Assembly: GCA_963758455.1 (NCBI GenBank)
Contig: CAVWVK010000007.1
Coordinates: 124,340-188,339, forward strand
From: an uncultured Pseudomonadota bacterium
Lineage (GTDB): Bacteria; Pseudomonadota; Alphaproteobacteria; Acetobacterales; Acetobacteraceae
Direction of reading: 5' to 3'
Length of the DNA: 64,000 nucleotides
Shown piece after piece: positions 55,987 to 63,492 of this stretch. Under the pieces are notes generated by a model, which saw only the letters and a list, made by a program, of their open reading frames with translations, had not been told where the DNA came from and did not search any database. How positions within the stretch are numbered: the stretch's first letter is position 1; each line of letters opens with the position of its first letter. The translations under genes were made by a program, and so were the position numbers.

Positions 55987-56069
55987 GTAGGGCGGAAAAG
56001 CGCAGCGCATTCCGCCAGCCTCGTGCCGCGCGAGGAAACGGCGGAATGCGCTGCGCTTTTCCGCCCTAC
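55987..56069. repeat. Palindromic intergenic element, family A, second copy
   Basis: The sequence is GTAGGGCGGAAAAGCGCAGCGCATTCCGCC..loop with inner palindrome CCTCGTGCCGCGCGAGG..GGCGGAATGCGCTGCGCTTTTCCGCCCTAC. Confidence 0.85.
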
Positions 56070-56129
56070 CGGTCGAGGTGTTTTCACGGAATCGATATGC
56101 TGGCACCGTCCGGATTTGGGAGACAGCGC

Positions 56130-57089
56130 ATGGCGACACGGCGGAAACTCATCCTGGACGTGGACACCGGCACCGACGACGCGGTGGCGATCATGCTCGC
56201 GGCCCTGCATCCGGCGCTGGAGCTGGTCGGCTGCACCACCGTCAACGGCAACGTCGCGGTCGGCCACTGCACCGACAACACGCTGCGCGTGCTCGACCAT
56301 GTCGGGCGCCACGACGTGCCGGTGCATGAGGGCCTGGCGCGTCCCCTGGCCCGGCGCGATTTTCCCCGCCCGCGCCAACCGGGCGACCTGTCCGGCAGGA
56401 TCCACGGCACCACCCTGCCCGTGCCGGCCAGCCGCCGCGGCAAGGCCGCGGCCGACGCGGTGACGTTCCTGCTGGAGACGTTCCGGTCGGCGACGGAGCC
56501 GGTGACGCTGGTGGCGGTGGCGCCGCTGTCCAACATCGCCGCCGCCCTGGTGCTGGACCCGGACTTCGCCAGCCGCGTGCCGGAACTGGTCATCATGGGC
56601 GGCGCGCACGCGCTGGGCAACGTGACGCCGTCGGCCGAGTTCAACATCTGGGGCGACCCGGAAGCGGCCGCGATGGTGTTCGATGCCGGCTTCCCGCGCA
56701 TCACCCTGGTGCCGCTGGATTGCACGCACAGCGCCCTGGTCTCGCGCGAGGACTGCGCGCGGCTGGCCGCACTCGGCACCAATGCCGGGCGGGCGGCGGC
56801 GGACTTCATCGGCCACCGCATCGCCGTGCATGACGACATCCAGAGGATGCCGACGCCGGGCACCACGCCGGTGCATGACGCGCTGGCGGTCGGCTCGCTG
56901 GTGGCCCCCGTGCTGCGCGACCTGCGCCGCCTGCACGTCGCGGTGGAGACGCACGGCACCCTGACGGTCGGGCGCACCGTGATCGACACGCATCACCGCG
57001 GCGAAGGCGCGCCCAACTGCGAGGTCGCGTTCGACGCCGACGCCGCGGCCTTCGTGGCGCTGCTGCTGGAGACGTTCGCGGCGCCCTGA
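56130..57089 (+). CDS. Nucleoside hydrolase (IUNH family)
   Basis: MATRRKLILDVDTGTDDAVAIMLAAL.. (the DxDxxxDD motif), ..VAVAPLSNIAAAL.., ..EFNIWGDPEAAAMVF.. Confidence 0.9.
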   Translation: MATRRKLILDVDTGTDDAVAIMLAALHPALELVGCTTVNGNVAVGHCTDNTLRVLDHVGRHDVPVHEGLARPLARRDFPRPRQPGDLSGRIHGTTLPVPASRRGKAAADAVTFLLETFRSATEPVTLVAVAPLSNIAAALVLDPDFASRVPELVIMGGAHALGNVTPSAEFNIWGDPEAAAMVFDAGFPRITLVPLDCTHSALVSREDCARLAALGTNAGRAAADFIGHRIAVHDDIQRMPTPGTTPVHDALAVGSLVAPVLRDLRRLHVAVETHGTLTVGRTVIDTHHRGEGAPNCEVAFDADAAAFVALLLETFAAP

Positions 57090-57220
57090 GAGCAGGCGGT
57101 CGAGTTGGATGGCCGTCTGTACCCGAATTCCGTCAAAGCCGGACTTGACCCGGCTATCCGGTCCCCACCGCGCAGATTTCCGCAGCATTGTGTAGCACCC
57201 GCCATCGCCGCCGGTGTGAC

Positions 57221-57442
57221 ATGACATTTTCTCTCCGGATCGTATGGTGTCTCCAGACTCTGTTTCTGTCGGTTCTGGTGGGGCACACGGCGCAGATGAA
57301 CGAATGGGGATTCTGGGATTGGGTGGCATATCCAGCGCTATGGATCGGGGCGGTTATACTAGCGGCAGAAACCGCTCTAACACAGTCACCAGAGAACTGG
57401 GTGCGGCTACCGTCCTTGCTCCGCAGCTTGAACTGGAATTAG
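57221..57442 (+). CDS. Hypothetical small membrane protein in the low-GC insert (73 aa; may continue in frame 1 to 57642 across a frame break)
   Basis: MTFSLRIVWCLQTLFLSVLVG..WVAYPALWIGAVILAAETAL... A third TM-like segment (LVPLILLTVSGLIFIG) and a 49-codon tail follow in the next frame (57443-57642). I recognise no family. Confidence 0.3.
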   Translation: MTFSLRIVWCLQTLFLSVLVGHTAQMNEWGFWDWVAYPALWIGAVILAAETALTQSPENWVRLPSLLRSLNWN

Positions 57443-57670
57443 TTCCTCTCATCCTGCTAACTGTTAGTGGTTTGATCTTCATTGGCAAGCAGATGAACGT
57501 TCTGGTTGAGATTGTACCAGTAAAGGAGGATTTGTCTGAATGTATGCGGGGGTGGGGGACTACCCAACCTTTCAACGGCACGGAACTGCTCATTAGAGCC
57601 GATGGGAGATGTTTTACTAGTACGCTGATGATTTTCACATAGCCGGTGCTGCTATGACTTCACCGGACAT

Positions 57671-57913
57671 GTGGATCAGCTAGACGAACCACTGGAGCTT
57701 AAATCGCCCGTACGAGAGATAACTTCGGATGAAATAGACATTATGATACCTACTAACGTAAAATATATTCAAGAGGTACTTAATGGGTTCCGAACGACAG
57801 ATTACGAACTACTTTTAGTGCCTAAGACTGTCGGTATGAATGAGTTCGAGACATTGAGGCAGGCTTTCGCGCTTGGAGTGCGTGAGGTGTCGTCCCGTGG
57901 CGGACCGCCGTAG
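57671..57913 (+). CDS. Hypothetical 80-aa protein in the low-GC insert
   Basis: GTG-initiated ORF (V)DQLDEPLELKSPVREITSDEIDIMIPTNVKYIQEVLNGFRTTDYELLLVPKTVGMNEFETLRQAF... The codon usage is AT-rich and the ribosome-binding site is weak. It could be a fragment of a larger gene. Confidence 0.25.
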   Translation: MDQLDEPLELKSPVREITSDEIDIMIPTNVKYIQEVLNGFRTTDYELLLVPKTVGMNEFETLRQAFALGVREVSSRGGPP

Positions 57914-58183
57914 TCTACAGATCTTCCAGCCGGCTCTAGCCGGTCCAGCACCCGAGCACGCGGGACCGCTTGCGGCGGAGGTCGGCGGGACTGTCGGATT
58001 GGCGCTTGCGCATCGCGGCATGGTAGGCCGTACGGTGCGTTGCCGGGCTGTTTCGGCGGTGGCGGGTGCTACATGATAACGGATTTCCGGACCTTGAACC
58101 GGATGGCGGGTTAGGCTCCCCGGCCACGACAATGTTACGTCTGGAGCACCGGACCACGAGTTATTCAGTCGAGCCGCTGGCCT

Positions 58184-58213
58184 GAGAGCCGCCCGGCGCA
58201 CCGGGCGGCTCTC
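58184..58213. terminator. GC-rich hairpin, displaced copy of the terminator-like stem-loop found at 58507-58537
   Basis: GAGAGCCGCCCGG-CGCA-CCGGGCGGCTCTC forms a 13-bp stem. There is no U-tract. Confidence 0.4.
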
Positions 58214-58226
58214 CCCGGCGCGTCAG

Positions 58227-58508
58227 ATCGGCCACCGCATCGCCGTGCATGACGACATCCAGAGGATGCCGACGCCGGGCACCACGCCGGTGCATGACGC
58301 GCTGGCGGTCGGCTCGCTGGTGGCCCCCGTGCTGCGCGACCTGCGCCGCCTGCATGTCGCGGTGGAGACGCACGGGACGCTGACGATGGGGCGCACGGTG
58401 ATCGACACGCATCACCGCGGCGAAGGCGCGCCCAACTGCGAGGTCGCGTTCGACGCCGACGCGGCGGCCTTCGTGGCGCTGCTGCTGGAGACGTTCGCGG
58501 CGGCCTGA
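58227..58508 (+). pseudogene. Second copy of the last ~93 codons of the nucleoside hydrolase gene (no 5' part)
   Basis: It aligns without gaps to 56809-57089 with about 9 substitutions, all in the distal ~150 nt. It is reported as ORF 58245..58508. Confidence 0.88.
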
Positions 58509-58537
58509 GAGCCGCCCCGGCACGCGGGGCGGCTCTC
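58507..58537. terminator. GC-rich hairpin between the convergent hydrolase-fragment stop and the repeat-protein stop (putative bidirectional terminator)
   Basis: GAGAGCCGCCCCG-loop-CGGGGCGGCTCTC. It fills most of the 38-nt gap between the stops at 58506-58508 and 58547-58549. Confidence 0.45.
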
Positions 58538-58546
58538 CCCGGCGCG

Positions 58547-61500
58547 TCAATGCGCGGCGTGGCTGAAGGCGAGCATGGTCGGCGGCGGCTGGACGACGAG
58601 GCTCGCCGCACCCGCGATGGGTGGCGCCGGCGGCACCGTCCCGCCACCGCTCGCGGGCGAGGCGGCGCGGTACTCCGACAGCAAGGTGCCCTGGCCGACC
58701 GTCGCCAGCGCCGCGGCGAACGCCGCTTGCGCCGCGCCGGTGCTCAGCACCAGGTCGCTGCCGCCCGCGCCATCGCTCTGGATGGCGAAGTGATTGCCCG
58801 TGAGCGCCCCGGCGACCTTGTATTTATAGACGGTGTCGCCGGTGGTGGTGACGGTGAGCGTCGAGCCGCTGACCACCGCGGTCGCCACGGCGGTCAAGGC
58901 GAGGTCGATCGTGTCGCCCACCTGCAAGCCGCCGATCTGCTGGTTGGCGAACCCGGCCGGCTTGTCCAGCAGCAGCACGCCAGTGCTGGACAGGAAGTTG
59001 GCGCCCTGCTTGGCGCCGACGCCAAGTTCCAGCGTGGAACTGGCGCCGATCTCCAGCACGCCCTTGCCGGTCGCGCTGGCGACCAGCTTCAGCTTGCCGC
59101 CCAATGCCTCGATAATTCCGGCATTGGCGGTGGCCCCCTTGATCGAGCCGAATCCGGCGATGGTGCCGGTCGCGCCGACAGCGAGCTTGCCGGCTTGCAG
59201 CAAGCCGCCGTTCAGGTTGATCTGGCCGTTGTCGGTAAGGTTCAGGCCGGTGATGTAGCCGCGATTGGCGTTCAGCGTGAGCACGCCCGTGCCGCTGATG
59301 GTCGTGAGGCTGTTCTCCAATGTGGCGAATGTGCTGCCGTTGCCGCTCTCCAGGGTGGAACCGAGCCCCTGCAGCACCACGTCGGCCGACAGCGTCGTGA
59401 CGGCGCCGCCGTCGAGCGCCAGCGTCGAGCCGGCGCCGATCGCCTCCCAGGTGCCGCCGATCAGTTCGCCGCTGACCACGTTCGCGTTCGTGACGCCCGA
59501 GTTCATGGTGATCGCGCTGCCGCCGGCGGCCTCGATCGTCCCCTGGTTGTTCAGGATGCCGCCGCTGAACAGGATGCTGCCCGCGCCGGTGGATTCGATC
59601 AGGCCGGTCGCGAGGTTCTGCAAGTTGCCGCCGCCGGTATTGATGGTCATGCCGGCGCTGGCGTTGGCGAGGATGATCGCGGCGTTGACGAGCTGCATTG
59701 CGCCGACGCCGATCTGGCCGGCGCCGGAGATGGTCTCGTTGACGTTGTACAGCGTCTGGCTGCCGCTGGAGTTGGCGAGGATGCGGTTGTTGGCGCTGTT
59801 GGACAGCATGAGCTGGCCGCCGCCGGTCAACGTCACCGTCTGCGAGTTCAGCAGGATGTCCGTGGTGTCGGTGCCGGCGTTCTCGACGATGCTGCCGGTG
59901 TTGTTGATCGTGCCCGAGAGGTAAAGGCTGGTGTTGTCGGTCACGTCGACCGTGCCGATGATGGTCAGCGCGCCGGCGGTGGCGCCGTCGAGGGCGCCGC
60001 TGCCCACGGTGTCGATCACGCCGCCGGCGCTGCTGGCGACGGTGCCGCCCTGCACCGTGCCGCCGTTCAGGTCGACATGCGATCCGGCGCCCACCGCCTC
60101 GATTGTGCCCCCGGCGTTGTCGATCGCCGAGTTCAGCAGCTCCAGCCCGCCGGCGCTGGTCGATTCGATGATGCCGGCGTTGAGGATCAGGTCCGCGTTG
60201 GTGTTCAGCACCAGCGCGTTGGTCCCGGTGGCGTCGATCACCCCGGCCGCCTGATTCACCAGATTGAGCTGGCCGACGCCGATCTGGCCGGCGCCGCTGA
60301 TGGTCTCGTTCGCGTTGACCAGTTGCGCCGAGCCGCTGCCGCCGTACAGGCGGTTGTTGGCGCTGTCGCTCATCACCACCTGGCCGCCGCCGGCCAGCGT
60401 GACCGACTGGCTGTTGACGATGATGTTGGTCGTGTTGGCGCCGGCGTTCTCGACGATGCTGCCGGCGTTGTCGATCGTGCCGTACAGATAAAGGTTGGTG
60501 TTGCTCTCGACATCGACCGTGCCCTGGATTGTCAGCGCCCCGTAATCGCTGCCGTCCAGTCCGGCGCTGTTGATCTCGTTGATGACGCCGCCGGAGGCCG
60601 CGATCAGCGTGCCGCCCTCGACGTTGGCGCCGTTGGACAGGTCGACGTGGGCATTCGCGCCCTTGGCCTCGATCGTGCCGCCGGCGTTGTCCACGCTGCT
60701 CTGGATCACCAGCCCGCCATTGCCGGCGGCGGTTCCGGTGGATTCGATCAGCCCGGTGTTGCTGGCGAGCTGCGCGCCGGTGTTCAATATCAGGGCGTTC
60801 ACGCCGGTGGCGTCGATGATCCCCGCGGCCTGGTTTATCAGGATCATCTGCCCCGCGCCCAACTGGCCGGCGCCGACGATCGTGTTGTTGACGTTGACCA
60901 GCCGCACACCGCTGCTGGAGCCATACACGCGGTTGTTGGACTCGTCGGTCATCGACACCGTGCCGCCGCCGGTCAGCGTCACGATCTGGCTGTTGGCGAT
61001 CAGGTTGGTGGTGTCGTCGCCGGTGCCGGAGGCGATCACCAGCGAACCAACGTTGTCGATGGTGCCTTGCAGATAAAAGCTGTTGTTGTCGGCCACGGCG
61101 ACCGTGCCGAGATTCGTGATCTGCCCGAACGTCTGCCCATCGAGCTGCCCGCTCGCGACGCCGACGATCTGGCCGCCGCCGGCGGTGGTGAGCGTGCCGC
61201 CTTGGATGTTGGCGCCGTCCAGCGTCACCGTATCGCCGCCGCCGCTCGCCAGGATCGTGCCGCCCTGGTTGTCGATGATCCCCTGGAGCGTCAGGCCGCC
61301 GGCGGCGGTGGCTTCCAGCAATCCGGTGTTGGTCATGACGTAGCCGGGATTGACCGTGAGACTGGCGGCCTGGTTGGCGTCGATCGTGCCGGCGTTGATG
61401 ATCTTGGTCTGGCCGAGGCCGATCTGCCCGGCGCCGGCGATCGTGTCGTTGAGGTTGTACAGGGTGAATCCGCTGTTGCTGGCGTAGATGCGGTTGTTCA

Positions 61501-62473
61501 CGTTGTCCGACAGCACCACCTGGCCGCCGCCCTTCAGTTCGGCGGTCGGGCTGTCGATGATGAGGTTGGTGCTGTCGGCGGTGGAGCCGAGCGTGATCGT
61601 GCCGGTGTTGTTGATGGTGCCCGCGATATTGAAGCTCGTGTTGTCGGCAACCGTCAGGCTGCCGGCCACGGTGACGGCGTGCGAGGATTGCCCGTCGAGC
61701 TGGCCGGCGCCGCCGGCGGTGACGAACGCGCCGCCGCTCAGCGACTTCAGCGTGCCGCCGATGACGTCGCTGGCCAGCGTCACCGTGGACCCGGCGCCGG
61801 CCGCCTCGATGGTGGCGCCGGTGTTCAGCACGGCGCTGTCCAGCACCAGGTTGCCGCCGGCCGTGGCCTCCAGCAGGCCCTGGTTCGTGGTCGTGCCGCC
61901 GCCGGTGTTCAGCACCAGCGCGGCCGCCGCCTGATTGGCGTCGATCGTGCCGTGCGCCTGGTTGACCAGCGTCAACTGGCCGTCGCCGAGATTGCCGCCG
62001 CCGGAGATGGTGTTGTCGACATTGGTCAGCACGTCGCCGGCGCTGTTGGCGTAGATGTAGTTGTTGGCGCTGGCCGAAAGCGTGACCTGGCCGCCGCCCG
62101 ACAGGGTCGCCGCCGCCGAGGTGATGATGATGCGGGTGGCGTCGGTCGCCGCCTGCTCGCTGATCGTCCCCGAGTTGACGATGCTGCCGCCGAGATCGAG
62201 GTTGGCGTTGTCCCCGACGATCACCGTGCCGGCCAGCCCGCCGGTGGCGCTGCCGCTGGTGACGGAGAACGTGCCGGCGCTCACGTCCAGCGTCGCCGTC
62301 GCCGCGACCGCCAGGGAAAGCACGGTGTTGGTGGTGCTGGATGTCACCACGTAGCTGCCGCTGGCGTCGATCAGCGCGATGTCGCTGGCGCCCGGGATGC
62401 CCGTGGGAGACCAGCTATTCTGGTCGTTGAAGCTGCCTCCAGCCCCGTTGGTCCAGTGATACGTGGTGCCCAT
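58547..62473 (-). CDS. Large (1308 aa) Gly/Thr/Asn/Ala-rich beta-helix-type tandem-repeat protein (adhesin/hemagglutinin-like); no leader peptide recognised
   Basis: The ATG at 62473 is preceded by AAGGAG and an AT-rich upstream region. The N-terminus is MGTTYHWTNGAGGSFNDQNSWSPTGIPG. Five tandem ~190-aa units share ..NNR.Y..S.G..L.NVN.TI.GAGQ.G.GQ..L.NQA.G.IDA..A.AL.LNTG....N.GL.E.T..GGL.....DN.GGTIEA.GAG..V.L.G..V.GGT... Confidence 0.85.
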   Translation of the reverse strand: MGTTYHWTNGAGGSFNDQNSWSPTGIPGASDIALIDASGSYVVTSSTTNTVLSLAVAATATLDVSAGTFSVTSGSATGGLAGTVIVGDNANLDLGGSIVNSGTISEQAATDATRIIITSAAATLSGGGQVTLSASANNYIYANSAGDVLTNVDNTISGGGNLGDGQLTLVNQAHGTIDANQAAAALVLNTGGGTTTNQGLLEATAGGNLVLDSAVLNTGATIEAAGAGSTVTLASDVIGGTLKSLSGGAFVTAGGAGQLDGQSSHAVTVAGSLTVADNTSFNIAGTINNTGTITLGSTADSTNLIIDSPTAELKGGGQVVLSDNVNNRIYASNSGFTLYNLNDTIAGAGQIGLGQTKIINAGTIDANQAASLTVNPGYVMTNTGLLEATAAGGLTLQGIIDNQGGTILASGGGDTVTLDGANIQGGTLTTAGGGQIVGVASGQLDGQTFGQITNLGTVAVADNNSFYLQGTIDNVGSLVIASGTGDDTTNLIANSQIVTLTGGGTVSMTDESNNRVYGSSSGVRLVNVNNTIVGAGQLGAGQMILINQAAGIIDATGVNALILNTGAQLASNTGLIESTGTAAGNGGLVIQSSVDNAGGTIEAKGANAHVDLSNGANVEGGTLIAASGGVINEINSAGLDGSDYGALTIQGTVDVESNTNLYLYGTIDNAGSIVENAGANTTNIIVNSQSVTLAGGGQVVMSDSANNRLYGGSGSAQLVNANETISGAGQIGVGQLNLVNQAAGVIDATGTNALVLNTNADLILNAGIIESTSAGGLELLNSAIDNAGGTIEAVGAGSHVDLNGGTVQGGTVASSAGGVIDTVGSGALDGATAGALTIIGTVDVTDNTSLYLSGTINNTGSIVENAGTDTTDILLNSQTVTLTGGGQLMLSNSANNRILANSSGSQTLYNVNETISGAGQIGVGAMQLVNAAIILANASAGMTINTGGGNLQNLATGLIESTGAGSILFSGGILNNQGTIEAAGGSAITMNSGVTNANVVSGELIGGTWEAIGAGSTLALDGGAVTTLSADVVLQGLGSTLESGNGSTFATLENSLTTISGTGVLTLNANRGYITGLNLTDNGQINLNGGLLQAGKLAVGATGTIAGFGSIKGATANAGIIEALGGKLKLVASATGKGVLEIGASSTLELGVGAKQGANFLSSTGVLLLDKPAGFANQQIGGLQVGDTIDLALTAVATAVVSGSTLTVTTTGDTVYKYKVAGALTGNHFAIQSDGAGGSDLVLSTGAAQAAFAAALATVGQGTLLSEYRAASPASGGGTVPPAPPIAGAASLVVQPPPTMLAFSHAAH
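59240..62075 (-). repeat. Five tandem ~570-nt coding repeats inside the 1308-aa gene (approximate limits)
   Basis: Protein-level periodicity: the motif SANN(Y/R)(I/L/V)Y recurs at about aa 134, 325, 518, 712 and 902. Confidence 0.65.
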
Positions 62474-62598
62474 GACTTCGCTCCTTCCCCGTCAGGCGTT
62501 CACGCCATCTAAACGTTCCGGAAGCAGGTCGTCAACCAAATGTTATGATTATGATAACACACATATTCCGGCTACGAACGGCAATGTATCTGCCGTAA

Positions 62599-63492
62599 CT
62601 AGCGGCCGCTCCGGCCGCGCGCCGCGTGCAGCACCAGGGCCGCCACGGGCACCACATAGGGCACGGTCTGCATCAGCTCGCTGGGCAGGCCGATGCCTTG
62701 CAGGTCGGTGGCCAGCGCGTCGGCCGCGCCCAGCACCAGCGAGGCGATGCCGGTGCCGAGCGCGCCGCCGCGGCCCATGACCTCGGCGGCGATGGCGATG
62801 TAGCCGCGCCCGGCCGACATGCCGCCGGCGAACCAGGTGACGTAGCCCATCGACAGGAACGCGCCGCCCGCCCCGGCGAACCCGCCCGACAGCAGCAGGG
62901 CGGCGAACTGCACGCGGGCCACCCGCACGCCGGCGATCGCCGCGGCCTCCGGCGCCTCGCCCACCGCGCGCAGATGCAGGCCGAACGGCGTGCGCAGCAG
63001 CAGCACGCTGACCAGCGGCACGCCGAGCAGCGCCGCCCAGGTCAGCACATGCTGGTTGCCGAACACGATGCCGAGGAACGGCAGGGGCACGTTCGGCAGC
63101 ACCTTGGACGGCAGGCTGCCCGACATGCCCTTGTCGCCGGTCAGCGCATACAGCAGCAGCACCGTGGCGCTGGCGGCGGCCAGGTTGATCGCCACCCCGC
63201 TCAGGATCAGGTCGGCGCGCAGCACATGCACCGCGAACCCCAGCAGCCCGCCCACCGCCGCGCCCACGGCGATCGCCAGCAGCAGCCCCGCCCAGGCGTT
63301 GCCGGAATAGGCGCTGCCGACCACGCCCGCGAAGGCGCCGGCCAGCATGATGCCCTCCACGCCGATGTTGATGACCCCGGCGCGGTCGGAGATCAGCGCG
63401 CCGAGGGCGGCCAGCAGGATCGGCGTGCTGACCCGCAAGGTCGTGGCGAAAAAGCCGATGCCGCCGAGATGCGTCAGGATCTCGTGGATCAA
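62599..63492 (-). CDS. ABC transporter permease, BMP/nucleoside-uptake family (YufQ/NupC-like)
   Basis: Contains ..TLRVSTPILLAALGALISDRAGVINIGVEGIMLAGAFAGVVG... The TTG at 63492 overlaps the upstream stop (TTGA). Confidence 0.85.
   Translation of the reverse strand: MIHEILTHLGGIGFFATTLRVSTPILLAALGALISDRAGVINIGVEGIMLAGAFAGVVGSAYSGNAWAGLLLAIAVGAAVGGLLGFAVHVLRADLILSGVAINLAAASATVLLLYALTGDKGMSGSLPSKVLPNVPLPFLGIVFGNQHVLTWAALLGVPLVSVLLLRTPFGLHLRAVGEAPEAAAIAGVRVARVQFAALLLSGGFAGAGGAFLSMGYVTWFAGGMSAGRGYIAIAAEVMGRGGALGTGIASLVLGAADALATDLQGIGLPSELMQTVPYVVPVAALVLHAARGRSGR

Larger units (their letters stand above)
57094..58181. other. About 1.09 kb insert of atypical composition (down to ~30% G+C) between the nucleoside hydrolase stop and a displaced copy of its terminator; no mobility gene recognised
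   Basis: I counted 27/60 G+C in 57421-57480 and 18/60 in 57721-57780, against about 40-43/60 in flanking lines. The insert begins right after CTGAGAGC (57086-57093) and ends right before the same octamer (58182-58189). Confidence 0.7.

Noticed and set aside
57094-58181. Terminal inverted repeats at the ends of the low-GC insert (AGGCGGTCGAG.. at the left against ..TCGAGCCGCT at the right)
   Set aside because: The match is only about 10 of 13 positions with a gap, in GC-rich sequence. That is too weak to call an IS or MITE end, and no transposase is present.
57914-58181. Minus-strand ORFs 57815..58201 and 57936..58157 as remnants of an integrase or transposase
   Set aside because: Their translations (for example ..TAYHAAMRKRQSDSPADLRRKRSR..) show no motif I can place in a recombinase family. 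They may be non-coding.
58547-62473. RTX/T1SS substrate, autotransporter or TpsA classification of the 1308-aa protein
   Set aside because: I looked for GGxGxD nonapeptide runs, a C-terminal beta-barrel ending in an aromatic residue, and an N-terminal TPS domain with a leader, and saw none. No T1SS, TpsB or Bam-like partner is adjacent. The protein is left unclassified.
58550-62512. 1320-aa plus-strand ORF
   Set aside because: It is antisense to the 1308-aa repeat gene. Its composition (Arg/Ala/Asp/Gly/Val runs) mirrors the Gly/Thr/Asn/Ala codons of the opposite strand. It has no ribosome-binding site and no family signal.
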